The position numbers were made by a program, and so were the translations under genes. Below, piece after piece: positions 1 to 12,403 of a stretch of 64,000 nucleotides of DNA (the stretch's first letter is position 1; each line of letters starts with the position of its first letter). The notes below the pieces were generated by a model. The model was not told the DNA's origin. It did not search any database and saw nothing but the letters and a program-made list of their open reading frames with translations. Source of the DNA: Carcharhinus amblyrhynchos (taxonomy: Eukaryota); the NCBI GenBank assembly GCA_965287045.1, contig OZ336886.1, positions 40,052,001-40,116,000 on the forward strand, in the 5' to 3' direction.

Positions 1-1107
1 CCACCTCCACTGTTCAGCAAAGGAGCCAAAGGGTTAAGCATTAAGGAGCCATCCCAGCCCTCACCCCTGACTCCCCAGCCTGTCACCCAGAAAAGGGTCA
101 AATTCTGCTCATTCAAGACTTCAAATATGGCCAATACTTTGTGAAGAGGCAACTTATGCGTTCCCCTTGTGCCTATGTGTAAGTGACCAAAAGCAACTTA
201 TTTCAGTCCAGTGGCTTCCTTGTAAGTGTATATTTAACATTGAAGTGTACTAATATTCCGTTATTGGAGTGCATTCGATTTTCTTAACATGGCTTACCAG
301 AGATTACAGCATACCTGATGCTGCTACAACAAGTAGATCTGCATAAGGAACATCTACAGCTTAAATCAGGTGAGGGGAGGAGGAGTATTTTACCTTTGGC
401 AGGGGGACCTGATAATATTCTATGCATTTCATTTTTCAGATTTCTCCCCTCCTGTCTAGAAGGTGATGGTGGTAACTTTGTCTTTGGATTTGGTGTAAAA
501 CTGACAATACTGATTCAGTTGCGAGTTATACCTCACTCCAAAATGGAAATTAAAATCAATAGTTATATTATTGATGCTGCATAGATGTTGTCCATATTAT
601 ATAATCACAAAAATTACCGTTGAGTATTATTGGGCTACAATTTCATGGATGTAGACAGCTATCCCGTATCTCAAAATTCTTCATGTAATCATGTAATGCT
701 GACTTTAGGAAAGAACAATGGCATCAATCAACTCTTGTCACCCATGTGAACTTTCCAGTTAGCTCACTGGATAATACGAGTTGATTATGACTTTGGTAAA
801 CTATCATGAGCAAAAGGAACAGCACACATATTACTCTCAGGAAAAATAGACTGCATTCTCAAACTACCAAAAGCAGATATGCCAACTTTCATGCAGTGAG
901 TCACTCTGTTTAATCTTAATAGCAAAAGGTATTGTGGGGGGAAAACTGGACCATTCAAACAGAATCAATTCTTATTGTGTAGTTTAGAATGACTAATGCA
1001 ATATCATGGGAGATTTACATTGACTTGAAGGTCGACCAGTTTAAATTAAAATGAACATTGTTCTACCACGTGTGTTGAACCATTGATCTCAGCTGGACTA
1101 CTAAGAA

Positions 1108-1141
1108 CAGTACAGCGCAGAACAGCCCCTTCGGCCCACGA
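1108..1141 (-). mobile_element. Ultra-truncated CR1 3' tail insertion
   Basis: cagtacagcgcagaacagccccttcggcccacga is nearly identical to the CR1 tail at 55580-55615; flanked by taagaa direct repeats (1102-1107, 1142-1147). Confidence 0.65.
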
Positions 1142-2105
1142 TAAGAAACATCACATAACTAAATTTAGCCTCAGCCCACCCAGTCTAGGCAAAAGAAGAT
1201 CTATTATGAGGGATCCCTCTCCAATTATTATGACATGATTGTGATATCTTTTTTCATTTTTATTCCATCCAAAAAAAACAAATTTAAATTAAATCTAATC
1301 CGTGGCCCCCATGAAAAGAAAAATAAAATCCAAGCTGACAATATGAGGCATTGCACCTGATCTTGGGCTTGATTTGATGCTTCATCTTAGCCCAAAGGCT
1401 GAGATGGCTTTGAAAAATTTCATCAGGTTGAAACTCATTGGCTATCCTGACCATTGATGCTACTCTAGCTTGGGAGATCAACTGGCTGATCATTGATTCC
1501 CCCTACTTTGTCCTGTGCAGTTGCACACCTCATTCGGAGTTAACACTAGTTAATTTGCTTTTGGTTTTCATAATTATCTGTCACTGCACACTCATTCAAG
1601 AGTGATTCACTACCATGTCTTATAGCTCATTTTCTCACACATACGCTGTAATGTTTCTGATTTATCATTGGGAATTCAGATGGTACTTTCACTTCTTATG
1701 TAGGATCTCCATGTTGCCCCAGTCTACTGTCAGCCCAGAGAGGAATTCTTGACACCAATTACCAGAGAAAAACAGAACAGCTTAATATTTGATAATGCAC
1801 AACACCTTTTGTTATGTGATGTTTCTGAACCTTGGAACTTATATTGTGTCTAAGAGAAAAATCATTTAAAGTGATACCACCCATCTAATTTTTAAGTTTA
1901 ATGTTGATTTACACTGTAATTGATCGAGTCAATCTGTTCATATGGGAGGGTAGGGAGATGAATAACTTCCAAAACTAAAACCAGTATGCGTAATAAAGCA
2001 TTCCAATAATTAAATATATATTAATATAACATTAACAATTAATATTTCTGCGTTTCTAGCCTTCATTCAATACTGAGCTTTCTCAATGAAATATTCCTAC
2101 TTCAA

Positions 2106-2392
2106 GCGGCACAATGGTTAACACTGCCGCCTCACAGGGCCAAGAACCGGGGTTCACTTCCAACCTCAGGTCACTGTGTGGAATTTTCACATTCTCCCCT
2201 GGTCTGCATGGGTTTCCTCTGGTTGGTCTGGTTTCCTCCCACACTCCAAAGATGTGCGGGTTAGATCGATTGATCATGCAAAAGTTGCCCCTTATTGTCA
2301 GGGTTATGGGGATAGGGCCAGAGTGAGATTGTTAGTGCAGGCTCGATGGGCCAAGTGGCCTCCTTCTGCACTGTATATATGGATTCTAAGAT
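2106..2392 (+). mobile_element. HE1/V-SINE-type tRNA SINE, CR1-type tail
   Basis: tRNA-like head (ggcacaatggttaacactgc...ggttc), core gggtttcc...tttcctcccacactccaaagatgtgcgggttag, tail gatgggccaagtggcctccttctgcactgta. Confidence 0.85.
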
Positions 2393-2450
2393 AATATCAC
2401 CAAACAAACATTTGATGACCTGTGATTGGGAAAGATTGGTCAGGATTCAG

Positions 2451-2749
2451 TTTTAGTTTATTTATTAGTGTTACAATTATACTTACATTCACACTGCAAC
2501 AAAGTTACTGTGAAAATCCCCTAGTCGCCACACTCCAGCACCTGTTCGGGCATACTGAGGGAGAATTTATCATGGCCAATCCACCTAACTTGCACATGCT
2601 TGGACTGTGGGAGGAAACCGGAGCACCCGGAGGAAGTCCATGCAGACATGGGGAGAACGTGCAGACTCCACACAGTGACCCAAGCCAGGAATCGAACCCT
2701 GGTCCCTGGAGTTGTGAGGCAACAGCGCTAACCACTTGTGCCACCATGC
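2451..2749 (-). mobile_element. V-SINE, alternative tail (cacagtaacttcattgcagtg...taataaataaac type)
   Basis: Same head/core as the other copies on the minus strand; tail shared with 11533, 31397, 39071, 62695. Confidence 0.85.
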
Positions 2750-3700
2750 GATGTACTGAAACTGGATTATTCACCATCTTCTGAGCCTCATACGACCCTT
2801 TCAGTGATTTCAAACAGGGTGGGCAATATAATAATTTCATGGACTGTGGTTGCTGGTAAATAAATCCCCTCTTTACCTTTCCCTTCATTCATTCCAAATT
2901 TAAGCTTGAATTGCAAAGGGATTTTTAAGCAATATGGTTCCTCCCCTCAGAGTGCTCTTTGGAGTCAACTAATCAGGTTGTACAAGAAGATGGACATCTC
3001 ATCACCATGTCCAGGCTGAAACTGCTGGTCAATAACATAGCCAGGTAAAGTATTTTTTGAACTGTGTAGCATTGCAGCAAGTACTATAATTAATTCTGAA
3101 TCTCCGCGGTTGAGATGATTAAGGACCTAAATTAATGCAGAGTAATTGCAAATTATGTTTTCTGTGACTAAACCACAACAAAGCTTAATGTTAAATAATC
3201 CGAGAGTCACTTTTCCTATCCACCCTGCATGGCCTTCCTCCACCCTCTCTCTCAGTGAGTTTGAGTCTCTGTTCGATGGGTGAGCTTATCATATCTATAA
3301 CCGTATCACCAACTGCCCAGTAAATGAACTAGATTGCCATTGAGGGTGTATAACACAAAGTTGCCATCTATTCAGACCACTAAGAGAATGATGGTTCTGC
3401 TAAAATAACATCAGGTGCTACTTTATTTTAATTTGAATAATTCTATTATTGATTGATTTTTATTTGGCATGTTATAGATGGTATAGTCACAATATAACTG
3501 ATTGCAGCACCGATAATGATAATATTGGAAAGTCATTCACATTCCATTGGAACTTCAAAGTTGTCGGAAGTGTCTCAGCCAATGCATTTGCAATTGGAAC
3601 AAGGATTTCTTTCATATCTGAAAACTTTCAGAAGCAGCCTTCAACTCAATCACTTCTTTAGAACAATGATGTACTTACTCATTTTCTTTTAACCTCTTAA

Positions 3701-4721
3701 GCCTGGAATTTTCACTCTCTCATTAGGTTTGTGGAGGTGGGAGCAATCCAGGCTCCTCAAACACAGCTCCTGAAAAGTTAAACGTTTTGTCATGGACGGG
3801 GTGGGAGTTGTGTTTATGAGAGTCATTCCTAATGCCCCCAGAAAGAGTTTATTCACAGGCAGTCAGAGGAGCTACTGGATGCAGAGTTGGGCTGGGTTAA
3901 AGGCCTCTCCCAGTGCTTGGGCATTTTGTCCCAGCTATGTAAAAAAAGAATTTTAAAAAGGCTCTCCAGTATTCACCCCTCATATCCCCCTCAGCCCCAC
4001 ACGTTAAGTGCCCCATGCATGCCATCCTGTGTCCCCATTCAGCACCCTAAGTCTCATCATACCCTCCAATGCCCCCCCAGAAAACAATTGGAAGTTATTG
4101 CCCTTATGCAAATTTATGCCCCTTCATCAACCCTCATGGCTCTTTGTAGCTCCTGTGCCAATCCTTAATATGAACTCATGTTAACCCATGCCCCCACTCA
4201 CTACCATTTACCCCTGCATCCTTCGTACCCAGTCATCAGTACCCGTCATGGATAGTTCTGAGGGTCATGCTGTTATCAAATAAAATTCTTAAGTGTCTAT
4301 TGATGAATTTCCTATTTAGAAAAAAAACACTCTTATTGATATAAAAAGTTTTAATTTTCTTTAATTCCACAAGCGTCTGTATCTATAGTCTCACCTCAAA
4401 GCAGATATAAGCACTTGGAACTGTCAATCAAAAGATAAACTGACAGGCACCCCACTGTGATAATGTTAGATTATGAAATCAGTTACACAACATTACTCCT
4501 GTAATGGCAACCCTCAGATTTATGCCAACAGACACAGTGAAATAGCAAGCACGGATTATTTTACAACATTACTGACTGTTTTATTTTTCAAATTGTTAAA
4601 TAGCTTGAGGTTTAAATATCTTGAAGCTTGGTAGCTCTCTTTGAAACTCCCTTGACTGTTCCAATGGGCTCATCCACTTTTTATGCACACATGTGCACAA
4701 AGTACCCAGAAAATCATGGCC
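3701..4721. mobile_element. Degenerate Harbinger-like non-autonomous element
   Basis: Ends gcctggaattttc...gaaaatcatggcc resemble the GGC(C/T)GGAATTTT TIR class seen elsewhere in the window; C-rich internal block. Confidence 0.45.
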
Positions 4722-5790
4722 AACGTTTGTACTGTCTTCAGAAATCAAAACAGAAACCCTTATTCAAACAATCAACTTTGATCATCAATTGAAATCCACT
4801 CTCTAATTCAAATATAAAATAGATATGTGAAAAAGAGTTAGGTATTCTTTGTGCTACTCACAATCTCAGGACATTCCAAAGCATTTTACAGCCAATGAAT
4901 TGCTTTATGAAGTGTAGCCATTGTTGTAACTTAGGACAGACAGCTGTGGAAGATGGTTTAATATTTTACTTTTTTCTTAGGAGCAAGAAGATAAAAGTGG
5001 CATATGCCCAGACAATCTAACAGAAAGAGAGACCACTCCACTGGTTAAATGGTTTAATCTACGAATTTCAGAAAGGAAAAGAGTTTTACAAAAAATAGAC
5101 TTCCTGATTCCACTTGTGAAGATACATGTATTTTGAAACTTACATACGCAGCAAATACTTTGATCTTTATTTCCAGGTTAACAGAGGAGTCAAGTCTGTT
5201 GTTTGGCAGTAATATTTTTGTATCAATTTTATATCAACACAAAATCCAGGTATGATGCCCACTATATACACTTTCCAAGCTTACCCAAAAAGCACTAACT
5301 ATTCGCCATGAAAAGAGTTAAGCACACAGGTACTGCTTACCATAATAAGTCCACTTTCTTGTAGTTCTTCTGACCTTGCTAACACCCCACCTCATCCCTG
5401 CACAGTATTTAACAACATGTGATGTTCAGTTTTATTCCCAAGGTTGAGTCAGGAAGCACTGGTGCAGCAGTGCATCTCTCCCACAGTTCTCCCTTTGCTG
5501 GCAAATGTGCATTTGGTGACTCACCAGGCTGTTATTGAGATCCCAGTGGAAGCTCCTTCTGACACCCATGGTATTTTAGCGACTACGAGAACCATGAAAT
5601 TCATAGCATCCACTGCTAACATCAACACACTTACGATAAGTGATGGGTCTGTATAACAAGGGGATAAATTCAATTCTTTCATTCTCTGCTGTTACTGATA
5701 AACTGTCACTGCAGATAGTTTCTTGGGATTTGATTATTTGTCAGTTGATAGCCCAACTTTTTCGCATTGTTAATATAAAACCCCCACATA

Positions 5791-7437
5791 ATTTTTTTTA
5801 TTAATTCATGGGATACGGATGTCACTGGCTAGGTAAGCATTTATTACCCATCACTGATTACCCTTGAATAGGTAGTCATTAGCTGCCTTTTAGAACCATT
5901 GCTGTCCAAGTGGTGTAGGTATGCTCACCATGCTGTTAGGGAGGGAATTCCAACATTTTGTCCCAGTGAAGGAACGGCAATATATTTCCAAGTCAGGATG
6001 GTGAATGACTTGGAGGTGAACTTTCAGGTGGTGGTGTATCTAGCTGTCTGCTGACCCTGTTCCTCCAGATGGTAGCAATGGTGGGTTTGGAAGATGTTGT
6101 CAAAGGAACCTTGGTGAGTTCCTACACTGCATCTTATAAATGAGACACACTGCTGCCACTGTGTGTTGCTAATGGAGGGGAGTGAATGTTTTTGGATGAG
6201 TTGCCAATCAAGCAAGCTGTTATTGTCCTGCATGGTGTTGAGCTTCTTGAGTATTGTTGAAGCTGCATTCATCCAGGCAAGGGGAAAGTAATCTATCACA
6301 TTCCTGACTTGTGCCTTGTAGATAATGGATAGGCTTTGGAGAGTCAGGAGGTGAGCTACTTGTTTCAGGATTCCCAGCCTCTGACTTGCTCATGTAGCCA
6401 CAGTATTCAAAGGCTAGTCCAGTTCAGTTTCCGAGGAATGATAACCCTCAGAATGTTGATAGTAGGGGTTATAGCAGTGGTAATGCCATTGACTGTCAAG
6501 GGGAGATGGTTTGATTCTCTTTTTGGAGAAAATCATTGTCTGGCACTTGTGTGGAACAAATGTCACTTACCACTTGTCAATCCAAACCTGGATATTGTCT
6601 AAGCCTTGCTGCATTTGAACATGGTCTGCTTCAGTATCAAGTGGTTGCTAAACATCATGCAATCATCAGAAAACATCCCATCTTTGGGATGGTATAAAGG
6701 TCATTGCTGAAGCAGCTGAATATGGTTAGGCCCAGGGCACTACCCGAGAAATTCCTGCAGTAGTATCTTAGAACTGAGATGATGGAACTTCAACAGCTGC
6801 AATCTTCTTCTTTTGTGCTCGGAATGACTCCAACCAGTGGAGAGATTTGCCCTGATTCCATTGATTTGCTAGGGCTCCTTGATGCCACACTAAGTCAAAT
6901 GCTGCCTTGATGTCAAGGGCAGTCATTCTCACCTTGCTTCTGGAGTTCAGCTCTTTTGTCCATGGTTGAACCAATGCTGTAATGAGATCAGGTGTTGAAT
7001 GGTCCTGGCGGAACCCAAACTGAGAGTCAGTGAGCAGGTTATTGCTAAGCAAGTGATGTTTGATAGTGCTGTTAATAACCCCTTTCATCACTGAGAGTAA
7101 GTTGATTGGGCAGTAATTGGCCTGGCTAGATTTGTCGTGCTTTTTGTGTACAGGACAGATCTGGGCATTTTTCCACATTGTTGGGTAGATGGCAGTGTTG
7201 CAGCTGTACCAGAAAAGTTGGCTTGGGGCACAGCAAGTTCTGGAGCACAAGCCTTCTGTACTATTGCTGGAATATTATCAGAGCCATAGCTTTTGCTGTA
7301 TCCAGTGCTTTCAGCCATTTCTTGGTATCACGTGAGAATCAAATTGGCTCAAGACTGGCATCTGTGATGCTGGGGACCTCTAGAGGAAGCTGAGACTGAT
7401 CACTCATTCAGCACTTCTGGCTGAAGATTGTTGCAAA
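5791..7437 (-). mobile_element. 5'-truncated CR1-group LINE (RT region plus 3' UTR), frameshifted
   Basis: ORF 6768-7250 has MWKNAQICPVHKK, NYCPINLLS, QFGFRQDHST, ALDIKAAFDLVWH RT motifs; its 3' end matches the Meta-type SINE tail. Confidence 0.85.
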
Positions 7438-10400
7438 GTCCCTCTGAGTCCCTCTTCAATATATCCAATTATTTTGTGAATGTTTTAGGTCATAGAATCA
7501 TTAAAGATAATTTTCCCTATTCAATTATGGTGCTGTTAAATAATGGCTTTAATTTTATGTAGAAAAGCAGATGGAGTGTTATTAAGATGGAATCCTTTAT
7601 AATATCAAGCTTTTCTTCAGCAAAAATCTTTGATTTTAAGGAAATTTGATTGTATATATATTTTCTGTGAAGAACTACTGATGTAAGTGATGCTTAATTA
7701 ATAATTAAGTAATCACTATACCTCAGAAGACTAAAGCAATTCAAGTCTTCCATTCTCAATTATTTCTGTATTAGCATTGATTTATAAAGATCTCTAAATA
7801 AATATCTGCATCTGCTGAATGTCCTACCAGCCATAATGTTTAGTATTCAGTGTGAATAGGACAAACTATGACATGATTAACATTTTTCATTCTAATGAAA
7901 ATTAAATATACTCTTTCTGATAAATGAAATGTCATTTCAAAAGGTCACTTAAACCAAATTAGACTGAAGATCAAACCTATCTGCCAATGTATAACATTAT
8001 TTTGAGATCCATTTACCCACCTTTATGTTGAAAGCTCTGATAATTATAGGTTATTCCAATGTTGCAGCATGGCTTTGCTTTAAAAGCTGTGAGAGGAAAA
8101 TGAAACTCACACAATTGGATAAGGTGTCTGGAAAAGCAGCCATCTCATAAATATGGGTGTTATATAAAAGGCATTTTTTTTAAAGCCCGCACATTGGTCT
8201 GAATCTTAGGTTTGCTGCCTGGCAGAAATGGTGAACAATGATGTGATGGCGTATTGCCAATGCCGCTGTAACCATGATGATGTTCTCTCCACCGGATCTA
8301 GTGCAGGACAGCTTGTGGCGCCCCCTGGACTTGGGCAATAGGGCACTGATTGGTATCCTATGACATTTGTAAGAGCCCGACTGTCATGTTTGGCCTGAAC
8401 CTAGAAGAATCTGTTTGCATTTGCAATCTCATCAGTATTAGCTGGCTGTCCGGCCAAAGATAATTCCCTCTTCAATAATGTGGAGCTAAGAGAAGAAGGA
8501 ATATTTCTCCAGGTTTCCGGAAAATCAACCTTGATAGCTGCCTTTCCCGCATCCACCCTTCCTCAACACCTTCATGGATTAGGGCCTCCAACATCCTTGC
8601 CGTCTTACCTCCCATTCTACAGCTCAGAGGGATGTTGGCCACCTAACATTGTGGCCACTCAGAGTTGGAGCTGGGTGCCATGTTGCCTGGTGTGTGGTCA
8701 GGCCCTGAAGTTCAATGCAGTCTCTCACCAGAACATGACTTTCCCCTCTCTGTTATTTTAACAGAGACATCGAGAGAAACTTAATCCATTCCAGTCAGCA
8801 GGAATGGGGAAGAGGGAAATTCTAAATTTGATTGATCCTTCTAGCCACCATTTTAACTACTCGCTGCAGTTAGATGGCTGAGGCACTTATAGTAGAAGTA
8901 GGCTGAAGCCTCACTAACTTACAGAAAATGGGATCTTATTGTCTCAGCAGGACCCAGTTTAGAACTTGGACCTATACCTAAGCACGAAAGTTGCTATAGC
9001 CTTCTCTCTCAATGAATATTGGTTGGCAACTATCATGAGGGTTAAGGTAGAAAAGATTGTCCCTTCTGGAGCAGCAGGAAAAACAAAAGCCTCCCATTCT
9101 TGGAACCCCTCACAGTCCTCCTAAAGCTCCATCCTGAGACCATGGAGCTGACATGTCCCCTTGTTTGCCAATACAGAATCTTGTAGATGATCCAACAATA
9201 GCAAATTTTGGATTCTCGTCACTGGTCAGATATTTCTCCGTGATTTCAAACATTTACTTGCCTTTGCCTGAGGATTTGTGCTTCCCTATTGCCCCCCATG
9301 CTACCCCCAGTGCTTCCACTGTGACCACAGGAATGGTAACTTTCTGTGGAGCAAATGGAGTAGAATAAGGAAATGATAACTTTCCCAAGAAGCCAAATAA
9401 AACAGAGTATATTCAGCTGTTAATTTCTTACATGCAAGGTATGGAACTTGAGGCAGGTAGCTACAGATGCCATTTTGAAAAGAGTATAAAAGGAAGTACA
9501 AGTTGCTGAATAAATGCAATATTTAATGCATGTTTCCATGTTTTTTTAAACGACAATTTTGCCATTCTGCTGATTTTATATTTATGCACAGTGCTTTGTG
9601 AGCTACCTTTAGGGAAATAAATGGAATCATAGGCTGTAATGTAAACTCAAAAGATACGCGGGAAGAATGGGTCAATTATTTACCTTCCTGTACAATCTAT
9701 TGCTTTGACAGTTAGACATTTTCAGCAGCATATCGTTTTTCTCGTTGAAACTTGTACTTGATGTACCTTTTTTTAATAAAAGAAGTCACTTCAAGGTTGT
9801 ACATTTCTGACAATCTTACACAGTTCAGTGAAGTTCAGACATAGTTCACTTATCCCATGCATATACCCTTACTTTGGGCTTCTGTTGCCATCTAGCTATT
9901 CATTGGAAAGTATTCCAAAGATGTTTGCCAAGAATAAAAAGCACAGCTTGAGAGAATCATGGCTGCCAAAGTTGAGTCTTTCTAAATTCCAATTCTTGGC
10001 ATTAAAGCTGGTAACATATATCACATTCCTTTGCATAATTAGCATATATTATATCAAGGAGCTCAATGGTTGGCTATATTTGAATCTTAGCAACTGGGTT
10101 ATGATTGGATGTCTTACCACAGCGGTAAATTACACGCTGATATCCAGAAATAGTGAATATCATGCTCAAATGGTAAGTATAACCTGTCTTTCAAGATTGT
10201 TTCTAAACATTCTTGGTATCATCAACTTGGATTATCACCCTGTAGAATTTCTTTGCACCTGACAGTCTGAATATTTCTTTCTATGTTCTCTTCCTTAATT
10301 ATAAATAAACTCTTTCACACATTCTCGCACACGCAACTTTAATGGACTGTCAAACCTTTCAAGCATTTTTATTGCAATTTTTAGTTTCTAGTAGCAGTAT

Positions 10401-11532
10401 GAAAGCTCAGTAAAACACTCCTAAACAACAACCCAGGGCTAACTGGTGCGTTGATATCTAAAATTGTTTCCAGGGTGTGGGTGTTGAGAGAAATTTACTC
10501 TTGTACTGAGCATTTATCTCATGCTGGTAATTATGGATCTGTGATTATGAGATTATGTCTACCCAGGTGCCTCAACATAGATGATCATTCTTTAAGGTTT
10601 CAATGTATCTGTGTAGTCATATATTAATTGTCACTTATTTCAGGATGTGAGTCACAAGTAAGATCCAGTGAATGAATGCTTTGTGGTCATTTAAGTGGCA
10701 GTGTCTGCCAAATATTCAGATGCACTTTGTGGCTTAATAAGAAAAGATGCATAACACACCTGTGAATACAAAGCCTCTGGCACTCTTTGCAAATGTTTGC
10801 CTCTTCCCTTTTGGTGACAGCCTCTGTATTTTCTGAGGTTTCTAGCACTTGATAATTTTCTTGATGGTTGCATTAACTTTGATGTTCCTTGCACCTTGTG
10901 AATTGGAAGACTAGCCACCAGAGAGAATGATGAAGAGCAACTTCTTACTCAGATATGTGCATCCATTTCCATTGCAATAAAACATCCGAGTGGGACATCT
11001 TGTTATGTACAGTATAATTGTTTTCCATTTTCTGTTGTTACTGGCAAAAAGGACAATTGCTGTTCACTGCTGATGTTTATCAAAAATCAGATGTGTCAGT
11101 TTACATTTATTTTATCAATGATTGTCTCTTGAAGTAATTTCCAAATGCTAATCTATTGGGGTGAATGCGGAGGGAAGTTTTAGCATGGAAAATATGAGCC
11201 AATTTCCCTTGTGATATAGTGGGGCAGGGAGGGGGGGGGGGGTGGTAATGTGCACCTTTTTAATGGCAACAATAAACTCATTGCACTAAAGAATGTGTGA
11301 GGGTGGACATTTGGATCCCAGGATCCTTGCATTGATATAGTAGAATAGGATTGCACTGAGCATTGCAGTTATTGGCTTGCACCAACATCAGACTAGAGCT
11401 TGACCATGATTGGAGCAGGCAATGGAAACTCAATTAACTGATTAGAGGATTTCATATATGGCAGTAGATCGTAAAGGACTGCTGCTGCTACTTAAAGGGA
11501 ATATGATGTTTCTGCTGGCAGGAAGTAAAAGT

Positions 11533-11803
11533 AAAGTTTATTTATTCATTAGTTACAAGTACGGCTTACATTAATACTGCAATGAAGTTACTGTGAAATT
11601 CCCCTAGTCGCCACACTGCGGCACCTATTCAGGTCAATGCACCTACCCAGCACATCTTTCGGACTGTGGGAGGAAACCAGAGCACCCCTTGTACACATGG
11701 GGAGAACGTGCAGACTCCACACAGACAGTGACCCAAGCCGGGAATCGAACCTGGGTCCTTGATGCTGTGAGGCAGTAGTGTTAATCACTGTGCCACTGTG
11801 CCA
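11533..11803 (-). mobile_element. V-SINE, alternative tail
   Basis: aagtttatttatt...gaagttactgtgaaattcccctagtcgcc tail plus tRNA head ggaatcgaacctggg... Confidence 0.85.
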
Positions 11804-11849
11804 CGCAAAATGTGTTAACAGACGTTTTTGGTATTTCAATCTACAATGT

Positions 11850-12168
11850 GGGGAGACAGTGGGGTAGTATTTTCTACTGGGAATCGGGAGGCCTATTATT
11901 AATGCTCTAGGGATAGGGTTACTGTGGTAGGATCTGAGTTCAATGTATTAATAGCTATTCTCACTCATGTCCATGAAAGCATTGTCATAAAACCCCATCT
12001 GATTCATTTTAGAGAAGCAAATCTGCCATCTTTACCTGGTCTGATCTACATGTGAACCCAGAGCCACAGTTGCTGTCAGTTGCCTTCTCAAATGGCCCCA
12101 CAAACCTCTCAATTCAAGGGCAATTAGGTTTGGGCAACAATTGCCAACAATGCCCATAACTCATGAAA
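11850..12168 (+). mobile_element. Meta-domain-type tRNA SINE, degenerate
   Basis: cccatctg...gcaaatctgccatctttacctggtctg...catgtga core and gggcaattagg...gggcaacaa tail; homologous to 16618. Confidence 0.7.
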
Positions 12169-12257
12169 GATTAAGCTGCCCCATTTTTGGTTGTAGCACT
12201 GGAGATATTGTTAGAGCAATAGAGAAGGCCACCATGGTCGGGACTGATAACTCCATT

Positions 12258-12403
12258 GGACAGAATTTTCCAGCCTTTCATGCCAGTGGATCTTCCAGTC
12301 CTGCCAATGTGAACAGAAATTTCAATGGCTTGCTAGCCCTGCCGCAGCAGAACCGGCCACGGGAGGCGGGGAGGAGGGGGGGTGGGGTTGGAAAATTCCA
12401 GCA
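12258..12403. mobile_element. Harbinger-type MITE
   Basis: Imperfect TIRs ggacagaattttccagcc...ggttggaaaattccagc. Confidence 0.6.

Noticed and set aside
460-535. GNFVFGFGVKLTIL resembling an Ig/TCR J segment (FGXG)
   Set aside because: No CACTGTG heptamer or nonamer RSS upstream, no proper splice donor after the motif, and no other J, V or C segments; the locus context is FAM204A.
2083-2888. Recurrent ORFs such as LCGVCTFSPCLHGFPPG / WEETGAPGGNPCRHGENVQTPH
   Set aside because: Translations of V-SINE sequence, repeated in every copy; not genes.
2951-3044. Exon-shaped open segment (ctcccctcAG...CCAG|GTaaag; CSLESTNQVVQEDGHLITMSRLKLLVNNIA)
   Set aside because: No recognisable protein and no compatible partner exons; could only be rescued by RNA-seq.
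5140-5650. Three closely spaced minus-strand AG...GT segments
   Set aside because: Joined frames hit stops and match no known protein; at most a non-coding transcript.
9828-10262. 144-aa hydrophobic ORF with an internal GTAAGT
   Set aside because: Non-ATG start, AT-rich composition and no homology recognised; likely chance.
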